From a phage, in assembly GCA_019897865.1 (NCBI GenBank), contig GCA_019897865.1_4532.1: DNA of 64,000 nucleotides. One strand, written 5' to 3'. Positions 56,552-64,000 of this stretch are shown here, piece by piece. The notes beneath the pieces were generated by a model. That model was not told where the DNA came from and did no database searches. It was given only the letters and a program-made list of their open reading frames with translations. The position numbers and the translations under genes are program-made. The first letter of the stretch is position 1. Every line of letters begins with the position of its first letter.

Positions 56552-58705
56552 CTATATATAAAATTTTTGTGTTGTTACTAAATCTTCTCCAGATTTAGTG
56601 GCTAATGTAATTCCACTTATGGTGGCAATCTCAACATTTACCTGTTTAAGAGTGATATCCTGTAAATAAACGTTCAAAGGCACGTTACCCATATAGAAAA
56701 CTTGGGATTGAGAATTAACTACCGTGATAGAATCGTGCATTATTTGAGGATAGGCCCATATATATTGTGTAAGTCCGTCAAACTTATTGGCGTTCAACAC
56801 TATGTTACCTATAATCATTTTCCAAAGATACGTGCGGTAGTTTGATTCAGGATCAAAGCCATACAAAGGTGCAAGAGTAGCATCTGGAACAAAACCTGCA
56901 AGATAATGTATCTTATCATAACTAAAACCTAATTGTTCATTAGGTATTGTGATAGCGTCAAAAGATTTTTCCATCTTACCTTCCAACAACCAGTCATAAC
57001 ATTCTGAACAATAAAAGTCGAAGTTTTCTGGGATATAATAATCTTTAGGGAAGTTAACAAACTCCATCATACCGTTACCTAAAATGGATGGCACAAATGG
57101 TAATAATGTAACTTTAGCTCCAGGATAGGCTAATCTAGTATCTGTTGCAAACTTTGCAACTCTTAATCCTAGTTTACGAGACAAAAATGCATAGTATTCG
57201 TCAAACGGTGTTCCTGTTTTATAATTATCTATTGTTCCTACATCTTGTGCAAATAAACCTGTTTCTGTGTTGAATGCTAGTTTAGTAGTGTAATCGTATA
57301 TACAAGGCATTTTACTCGCTGTATTATACCACCACCAAGGCTCACCAATTTGAATGACAACTGGAATATTATTAGCTTGCGAAATAGATGCTATTTTATT
57401 AATAACATTTTGCAAATATTTCATACCTTCGTCAATAGTTGGAGACAACACGTAACTAGGAGGCTTATACCCTGTTGCTGCAAGAGCATCGTTCCAATCA
57501 TGCTGGACCCATTCAACAGGACAAACTGTGCTCATCAACTCAAAACTTAAAGAGTTCATTATTGTGTAACCCTTCTCGTTCGCTATAGAATGGAAACTAT
57601 TTAGCCAAGCTTCTGTAGCTGGATTCAGGAAGACAGATCTATTTAAAGCCCAAGATGTTCCGTTCCATGAGAACTCATAATAGTGAGACATTCCATTGTA
57701 ATGGTTAATCATTCCACGATAACCTAGCGCATATGTATTATAAATAACTCTCTCTGGAGTCAGATTATACATATCGTCATAAGATGTGCACATGCGAATA
57801 TCATGTTCAGGCTGGACAAGGTTACTGACTTTCATCATACTATAACCAGAAGTAGGTTCAAGAAGAGTGAAAGTAAACCAAGCCTCTTGACTATCAATAG
57901 GCACAATCTCTTCTATTTCTTCATACCTTGCTGTAATCAAAGAGAAGAAAATATTATCTACAGCACTCATGTCCAAAGGAATATCATTATTAGGACCAGA
58001 GAAGATATTACCAAAATCTAATTTGATTGTAGCTGTTTTACCATCTTCTGAAATATCTGAAGCATAAAATCCTAAACTAACATAGTGGACACTTTTATCC
58101 AAGAGAGTTACAGTCAAAGTTGGCACCAAAGGTTCTTCTTTAAAACCTGGCATGTTTTGACTAATTTCCATTTTAAACCAAAGTTTCTCTGAACTTAAAT
58201 CTGTGTGGGGTAAATACCCAACACCTTTATGGTCATATTTGTCAACTGTGCTCCAGATAACCCCTGCCAAACCTGCTGTTGTTCTGTTTACAAATCTTGC
58301 AGTAAAAGAGTCTCCATGAGATACAATAGAACAACTTTCCGTTGCTTGAGAATCTATTGTCCAATACATAGGAGAGAACATTTTAACGTCTTTTGTAGTC
58401 CAAGTTATTGGAGTAGTATTTTCTTGGATCGTAGTTATAATACAGTTGATGGTCGTTTCAACCATCATGTTATTTTGACTAATCCCTGAAACTTGGAGGG
58501 AGAAGTTAAGATCTATTGAGTTCTTTGGTCGTTCAAATACTTCAACCACAATGGTAGCAGAATCAGCATCATCAGGGAACACAAGTGTTCCCGATTTTGC
58601 AATATAATCTCTACCAGCGACTGCTGTTCCGTCAACAGTCGTGTAGTTAAATGAACTCGCATTTACTCTTTTGTCTCGCGTGACAGTAAATATAGCTTGT
58701 TTCAT
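56552..58705 (-). CDS. baseplate/tail-associated protein with N-terminal Calx-beta-like domain
   Basis: 717 aa; FNYTTVDGTAVAGRDYIAKSGTLVFPDDADSATIVVEVF resembles Calx-beta. Confidence 0.45.
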   Translation of the reverse strand: MKQAIFTVTRDKRVNASSFNYTTVDGTAVAGRDYIAKSGTLVFPDDADSATIVVEVFERPKNSIDLNFSLQVSGISQNNMMVETTINCIITTIQENTTPITWTTKDVKMFSPMYWTIDSQATESCSIVSHGDSFTARFVNRTTAGLAGVIWSTVDKYDHKGVGYLPHTDLSSEKLWFKMEISQNMPGFKEEPLVPTLTVTLLDKSVHYVSLGFYASDISEDGKTATIKLDFGNIFSGPNNDIPLDMSAVDNIFFSLITARYEEIEEIVPIDSQEAWFTFTLLEPTSGYSMMKVSNLVQPEHDIRMCTSYDDMYNLTPERVIYNTYALGYRGMINHYNGMSHYYEFSWNGTSWALNRSVFLNPATEAWLNSFHSIANEKGYTIMNSLSFELMSTVCPVEWVQHDWNDALAATGYKPPSYVLSPTIDEGMKYLQNVINKIASISQANNIPVVIQIGEPWWWYNTASKMPCIYDYTTKLAFNTETGLFAQDVGTIDNYKTGTPFDEYYAFLSRKLGLRVAKFATDTRLAYPGAKVTLLPFVPSILGNGMMEFVNFPKDYYIPENFDFYCSECYDWLLEGKMEKSFDAITIPNEQLGFSYDKIHYLAGFVPDATLAPLYGFDPESNYRTYLWKMIIGNIVLNANKFDGLTQYIWAYPQIMHDSITVVNSQSQVFYMGNVPLNVYLQDITLKQVNVEIATISGITLATKSGEDLVTTQKFYI

Positions 58706-58713
58706 TTTACCCC

Positions 58714-61590
58714 TTACTCGGTAACGTCCACACTAATGTTTGCCATTGTCAAAACAGTAAGTGCAGGAATATTGCTCGAATCCAAAACAGGTAATGCATT
58801 TTGGGGATTAAGTTTTTTGTATAAAGCATACAACCCAAAACCACGTAACAACTCTCCAGCGTGGAAGCCAAAGAAGACTCCGTTATCACTATCTGGTCTA
58901 GGAGCGGCACTCCAACAACCATTCATGACGTGATTAGGACCAAGAACAATATAGTTTTCCTGAATAAGTTCAAAACAGCGGTCTGCTACTATTTTAATGT
59001 TAGGAATTTCTGAATCATATCCAGCCATCCCCATTATAGCACATCCCGCCATAAAGAGCGCAGACATGTGACTTGTAAAGTCATCTACAGGCGCAGCCAC
59101 TTCTCCATTGGGATAAAATATTGTTGGTGTTCTTCCTTCGTTGTTATCTTGGAACCATTTCAGATAGTTGATCCAGTTTTTACAAACTGTTAAAAGTTTT
59201 TCAGGAACTTCTGCTCCTCGTTGTTTCAGTTCGTATACTGTATGACACGCACAGAAGAATGCTCGTGCTTCATAACCATCCCAAGCTTTATCGTTCCAAT
59301 GATACATTGTGAACTCATTCTTGTTTCCGTATTTATGAGCATCCCAACGATCCCAAACATAAGCTTGTGCCATTGGTCCAGGCATCACAGGGGCAAACTT
59401 ATTATAAAACCACATTTGTGAATCATATAAAAAGTCTATACTGTTGTTCATACGAACCCAATCAATATCTCTCCCTTTAAAACAATATAAGGATGGGTAT
59501 TGATAACCTGGGTAAGGAATACCACGCCAACCGTCATATAAGGCTGTGTTAGGATCACTGATATTGGAAAATGGAATGATTCCTGGAGTATAATTCAAAC
59601 TGTTAAGTTTGTAGTCCAGTATTGTACAATCTCCAAGTTTTGCTGTATAAGGATTTTCAGATGAAACTGTAACCCTGAAATACATTGTGTAATCATCACC
59701 AGTGGCTGAAGAATACAAAGATGGGATATCGTTAACGCAATAAAAATCGATTGCCCCTGTCAAGCCATTTGCAGGTTCAGAATCCAATGCAATATTGATC
59801 TGATCAACAGCAGTCAGGTTTATTGACGAAGGTTTTGCCTCTGTGTCTTCGTGATTAGGTTGCCAAGTACTTAATTTGAAATCGGCAGGACTTAAAGCTT
59901 TAGTAACCCATGCAGAATTTGTTTTTTCTAACATGGCCCACCATCTCCAACCTGCAGAATCCGTAATAGTGATGTTAAAATCATCTGCGTATGAACGATA
60001 CGTAATAGATTTTAAATTGGCTGTTTTAGTTGGTGTTAACCAAAACCCAACAGTAAAACCACCATCTGAATCCATATTAGCAGAAACTATCTGATCACTA
60101 TTTGTCCCAGCAATACCAGTTGCATATTTATATTGTATCACAGTATTGCTTCCCCAGTCAACAATGATTCTAGGTTCAGCAATAATATATACACCACCTC
60201 CAGGAGGTTCGGTGCGCATAAAACTGGATAAAGGTATATCCATCTTAGTCATATTAGCTGCACCAAGAGGTAAGCCACAACGATATGTCACTGTGTCTGT
60301 TTCACTCTTAGTCTTGCTTAATTCTAACTCTGGACGGAAAAGAACACCTTCCCCTGCATCATCTACACCTTGAAACTCAATACGCAGTTTTGAATTCTGA
60401 TCCACTCTGAACCAAACTGCCTGTTGTTCTAGAGTTGTTTGTGCTGCAACATCTTGGCGAATTACTGTGTATCCTAATTCATCACGAGAATATTTAGGTA
60501 TTGCTGTAGATGGGTATGAGTAATCATACGAGATACCATCTGTAAAAGGAATTATTGCTGTCGTAGATCTACGGAAGAATTTATCAAACATATCGATGTT
60601 TGAGTAGTCTTGACACAACAATAAAGAAGATTGCCAGCAAAGCCAGTATTTTCTCTCTCCTGTGATCTGATACATCAAGTAGTTTGCATCACACCACCAC
60701 GTTTCAGCATCGGAAGCATTATCTTGATAACCTAACTCTACCGGAACGTTTACAGGACGGTTATGCCACATCTCATTACGCTTAAGCAGATATCCACCGT
60801 GTTCTACAGGGTTGCATGTAGCGTAGTTGAATTTATAATCACCGTTCACAGAAGCATTTTTAAGTTGCACTGTTCCATATTCTGCGAAGCTGTGACCTGT
60901 AGATAAAATGTTACCATCCCAATCAACTTTACGTCCTAGACGGTCTATAATCCATTCAACGTCCCACTGATCTCCATATTCTTTCCAGTTGGTTGAACCA
61001 TCTGGGTTAGTTGCATACACTGTTGCGTTAACAGAGTTCCAACCAAGATTACCATTGAAAGCAAACCAAGCTTTATCTAAGTATTCTCCCCAGTGTGGCG
61101 CACCTTTAGGAATAACAGTCCTTCCGTTAATCCAAGTCATCATGCTACCTTTGAACCCGCCGTGCGTAGGATATCCATCATCTGTGAGAGGGTAGTGTGC
61201 TAAACGTGGTTCTTTACCATTGATGATCCAGTTGGGACGATATTTAGCCGGAGGATCAGGAATAGGTTGGCCCCCGAAGAAGTGATCTATATAGGCTTGC
61301 CAATACTTCTCGGCAGATTCAAGATATTTTTTATCCCCTGTAGCCAAATATGCATAAGCAAAACCAGTGATAAGCACAGATTGACCTTCGGTAGTAGCGT
61401 CACCGTTTGGTTGCCCTTCCTGCGCTGTCCAGTTAATAAAGTGTCTGTTGTTCGCCAATACGTTTTGTGGGTTGATAATGTAGTGCTGAACCGTAGGATC
61501 TATAGTAAGCCCAGTATTTCTTTCCAGAAACTGAACCAACCCTTCAATCAACTGAAACGTGTTGTCAATATTGTGCTTAACTCTTGACAT
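58714..61590 (-). CDS. large baseplate/tail-associated protein, possible glycan-degrading enzyme
   Basis: 958 aa, Trp/Tyr-rich; no secure motif. Confidence 0.4.
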   Translation of the reverse strand: MSRVKHNIDNTFQLIEGLVQFLERNTGLTIDPTVQHYIINPQNVLANNRHFINWTAQEGQPNGDATTEGQSVLITGFAYAYLATGDKKYLESAEKYWQAYIDHFFGGQPIPDPPAKYRPNWIINGKEPRLAHYPLTDDGYPTHGGFKGSMMTWINGRTVIPKGAPHWGEYLDKAWFAFNGNLGWNSVNATVYATNPDGSTNWKEYGDQWDVEWIIDRLGRKVDWDGNILSTGHSFAEYGTVQLKNASVNGDYKFNYATCNPVEHGGYLLKRNEMWHNRPVNVPVELGYQDNASDAETWWCDANYLMYQITGERKYWLCWQSSLLLCQDYSNIDMFDKFFRRSTTAIIPFTDGISYDYSYPSTAIPKYSRDELGYTVIRQDVAAQTTLEQQAVWFRVDQNSKLRIEFQGVDDAGEGVLFRPELELSKTKSETDTVTYRCGLPLGAANMTKMDIPLSSFMRTEPPGGGVYIIAEPRIIVDWGSNTVIQYKYATGIAGTNSDQIVSANMDSDGGFTVGFWLTPTKTANLKSITYRSYADDFNITITDSAGWRWWAMLEKTNSAWVTKALSPADFKLSTWQPNHEDTEAKPSSINLTAVDQINIALDSEPANGLTGAIDFYCVNDIPSLYSSATGDDYTMYFRVTVSSENPYTAKLGDCTILDYKLNSLNYTPGIIPFSNISDPNTALYDGWRGIPYPGYQYPSLYCFKGRDIDWVRMNNSIDFLYDSQMWFYNKFAPVMPGPMAQAYVWDRWDAHKYGNKNEFTMYHWNDKAWDGYEARAFFCACHTVYELKQRGAEVPEKLLTVCKNWINYLKWFQDNNEGRTPTIFYPNGEVAAPVDDFTSHMSALFMAGCAIMGMAGYDSEIPNIKIVADRCFELIQENYIVLGPNHVMNGCWSAAPRPDSDNGVFFGFHAGELLRGFGLYALYKKLNPQNALPVLDSSNIPALTVLTMANISVDVTE

Positions 61591-62063
61591 TAAATAACTC
61601 CTGCTAAAACTAAGCTACCTGTCCAAGTTGCTCCATTATCATAACTGATAAACTCAAAAGTGTCTGTTGCACCTTGACGATAACTCAAAACTGGGGAACG
61701 ACCAAAACTCCATTTTACAGAAGAAGGCCATACGACTTTATTTGCACCACTTCCTTGACGCAAAGCTAAAGTAAAGTTTAAAACTGCATTTGTTGCTACT
61801 GGAATATTAGTAAAACTAATTGTGCACGTTGCAGAAGATAAAGTTGCTGAAAAATATTCTGCCGAACTAATATCTAATGCCAAGGTGCTAGTTACTGTTC
61901 CCCGTGCATTCAGACGGTTTCTAGTTACCCCTGCACCACTCAACAGCACTTTCAAAGAAGTTTTCTTTGTTATTCCAGCCTGATCTGTTACAAAGAAATC
62001 TGTATCAGACACAGAGGTTGTTTGTGTAAGATCAGAAATTTTGATCGTAGTTAAATCTGCCAT
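61590..62063 (-). CDS. tail/baseplate structural protein
   Basis: 157 aa Ser/Thr-rich; overlapping start/stop with neighbours. Confidence 0.45.
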   Translation of the reverse strand: MADLTTIKISDLTQTTSVSDTDFFVTDQAGITKKTSLKVLLSGAGVTRNRLNARGTVTSTLALDISSAEYFSATLSSATCTISFTNIPVATNAVLNFTLALRQGSGANKVVWPSSVKWSFGRSPVLSYRQGATDTFEFISYDNGATWTGSLVLAGVI

Positions 62064-62689
62064 TACTCTTCTACTCCTGTCATAGCTGTTATACCGAAGT
62101 CATTGTTTGTAGCTAATGCATCACCTTTTTCGTTAACCATGATTCTTTCCACTGCTGACTCTGTAGACCATTCATTCCACCAAGTAGAGTAGGTATCACG
62201 TGGCAAACCAACAAAGTTGATAAAGCGATAAAGTCTATTCGAATTCTCAACAATACTGTAAGCTTCACAAATGATCGCTGCATTGTCTTCACCAGCTTCA
62301 GGGTAAATAAACTCTTCAGAAGGTTGAGTATTGAATATAGATGTTACTGTATCTGCTCCAACTGTGACCATAACTGTCATTGAGTAATAACGTTGATCCA
62401 TATCATAAGCAGATTTATAACTGTTTATTGTATCTATGTAAACGTTTTTGGCAATCTCTGCTAAAAATATTCTGTCTACAATATCTTTCTTTCTAGCAAC
62501 ACCAATAATCTCTTGTAAGTAAGGAACACCGAAGTTAGTATTTAAAAACCACTCCCCACGATACGTGTTCAGAGTTATCCCAAGAGTTTGTGCTGCAATT
62601 TCTGTTCTGGTTGTAGTGAGGACCAAATCCCCATCATCCATGATGAGGTCGTTGTTTGGCCCAAGTTTTAAGTCAAAAGGGATTCCCAT
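62063..62689 (-). CDS. baseplate wedge protein, gp25/gpW-like
   Basis: 208 aa; YRGEWFLNTNFGVPYL at residues 43-58 matches the GPW_gp25 G....FG...L motif. Confidence 0.55.
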   Translation of the reverse strand: MGIPFDLKLGPNNDLIMDDGDLVLTTTRTEIAAQTLGITLNTYRGEWFLNTNFGVPYLQEIIGVARKKDIVDRIFLAEIAKNVYIDTINSYKSAYDMDQRYYSMTVMVTVGADTVTSIFNTQPSEEFIYPEAGEDNAAIICEAYSIVENSNRLYRFINFVGLPRDTYSTWWNEWSTESAVERIMVNEKGDALATNNDFGITAMTGVEE

Positions 62690-62690
62690 G

Positions 62691-63425
62691 TTAGGCTCCT
62701 GTTGGTTTTAAGGACTCGGCACTTGAGTTACCGCTCTGAATGTTACGAACCGTGTGCGTGTGAGTATGGAATCCGATGCCATTACCATCTGTCATCAAAC
62801 CGTTCTGGTCTATTTTAAGACCATTGATATCTGCCACGCCGCCTTTGAAAGTTAAATTACCACCTTTTAGATCCAAAGTCCCTGTGCCATCTGTAATAGT
62901 AATACCGGAGGTAGTAATATCTATTTTCATCCCTTGACTATTCCATATTGAAATATTACCTGTAGGGTCGAAAGAAGCGTACGTGTTTTTGTTATTAGAA
63001 ATAACTACCTTTTCAGAATCTACAGCTTCTGTTGAATCTGTTCCTGTAGCTATTTTGGGAATAAAACAAATAGGGTATAATCCACAAGGCTGCATAAAAG
63101 TGGATGATGAAGAGGTTTCTCCACTAGTTTGCAGTGCATTAGAAGGATCTCTTTCAGAAAATATAACAGTTCCTAAATCGCCAGCTTTAATAGGAAATGA
63201 GATTCTTCCTGTCCCACCCCCATTAACCATAAAAGGAACATCTTCAAAAGTAGGATAATCTATTTCATCTTCACTAGATCGTGTGTTTTTAACAATAGAT
63301 TCTAAAGTGACAGTTTTAGCACCATAATTAACGCCAGTCACACGGACTGGCAAGGCTGTATGGACTTCTGCTAATTGTTCTGTCATTAAGCCACGCATTG
63401 CTGTGACAAAATTCAATGCATCCAT
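62691..63425 (-). CDS. central baseplate spike protein (gpV/gp5-like) with HxH apex
   Basis: 244 aa; N-terminal OB-like region; C-terminal Gly-rich beta-helix ending GIGFHTHTHTV. Confidence 0.6.
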   Translation of the reverse strand: MDALNFVTAMRGLMTEQLAEVHTALPVRVTGVNYGAKTVTLESIVKNTRSSEDEIDYPTFEDVPFMVNGGGTGRISFPIKAGDLGTVIFSERDPSNALQTSGETSSSSTFMQPCGLYPICFIPKIATGTDSTEAVDSEKVVISNNKNTYASFDPTGNISIWNSQGMKIDITTSGITITDGTGTLDLKGGNLTFKGGVADINGLKIDQNGLMTDGNGIGFHTHTHTVRNIQSGNSSAESLKPTGA

Positions 63426-63922
63426 TATTTCTCCTTAGTCATTATTTCAGACACGGATACACACTCCACCTCAGTAACCCACTCTTTACCCTCTTTATCA
63501 CCATTGTGAGAAACAGAAACAACCTTAAATGGACCATCATAATCTCGGCTTTTTAACCAGATTGTTTTTTCTGGTAATATTGCACCATTCATTTGGCATT
63601 TGAATTTAACACCGTCTGTAGGTTTCTTTGCCTTCTTAGAGGACTTGGTAACTTTTTTAGTAGGTTTTATATCGTTGTGGAATGGTTCTGGACTTCCTAT
63701 CAAACCAGTTTCAGGACTAATATAGGCGCTACGTGCACTAGACATTTGTGAACGAGGAGTGACATAAACAGATCCATCTTGTATTGACACATTGTGATCA
63801 ATACTTTTACAAATATGTTCTAGGTAATGTGAAGTGTTTCCACACATAGCTGTTGCTGAAGATAAGGTTTGATCATTATCTACGTGTATATTACCTTCTG
63901 TAGTTCCTAAATCCTTTACCAA
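63425..63922 (-). CDS. structural protein, Lys-rich; 5' end uncertain
   Basis: 165-aa ORF whose TTG start lacks an RBS; may extend upstream. Confidence 0.35.
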   Translation of the reverse strand: MVKDLGTTEGNIHVDNDQTLSSATAMCGNTSHYLEHICKSIDHNVSIQDGSVYVTPRSQMSSARSAYISPETGLIGSPEPFHNDIKPTKKVTKSSKKAKKPTDGVKFKCQMNGAILPEKTIWLKSRDYDGPFKVVSVSHNGDKEGKEWVTEVECVSVSEIMTKEK

Positions 63923-64000
63923 ATCTGTAACAACACGTTTGATTTTAGTTCCTTTTGGATAACTGCGGCTTGTTCTTGCTTCTGCAATGTTAATACCGCC

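Noticed and set aside
42363-60373. Numerous short plus-strand ORFs within the late structural block
   Set aside because: They overlap long minus-strand structural genes with recognisable domains; Pro/Ser/Cys-rich reverse-frame composition.
1-64000. CRISPR arrays, integrase/transposase, rRNA genes, T4-type late promoter TATAAATA
   Set aside because: No regularly spaced identical direct repeats, no recombinase motifs and no rRNA-like regions were seen; intergenic regions of the late block contain hairpins but no obvious TATAAATA boxes.

Overview
This 64-kb window reads as a contiguous piece of a virulent tailed dsDNA phage genome: AT-rich, almost gap-free coding, strong AGGAGG-type ribosome-binding sites, frequent overlapping start/stop codons, no integrase, no rRNA/tRNA/CRISPR. 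All calls are from reading the sequence and the six-frame translations; no database search was run. Three transcription blocks are visible. (1) Leftward block 378-6602: NADAR-domain protein, a 486-aa protein with three tandem Zn-ribbon repeats and a GIY-YIG/T5orf172-like C-terminus, an AAA ATPase and small secreted/membrane proteins. (2) Rightward block 6717-41670: many small early genes, UvrD-like helicase, anaerobic ribonucleotide reductase NrdD/NrdG, then a ~10-kb cluster of tellurite-resistance (Ter) homologues (HAD hydrolase, phosphoribosyltransferase, macro domain, TerC, TelA-like, vWA protein, TerD), a SleB-like cell-wall hydrolase, four glycosyltransferase-like genes, a T7-type primase-helicase, an N6-adenine methyltransferase, a family A DNA polymerase, and an SSB-like protein whose last nine residues are MDFDDDIPF (as I recall the E. 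coli SSB tail). (3) Leftward late block 41735 to the window edge: RCC1/Ig-like fibre protein, collagen-like side tail fibre, two beta-helix tailspikes, tail fibre plus assembly chaperone, baseplate J/gpI-like/gp25-like proteins and an HxH central spike. The host is inferred to be an enterobacterium. The most interesting candidate is the phage-borne Ter-like cluster, which contains an internally duplicated two-gene module.
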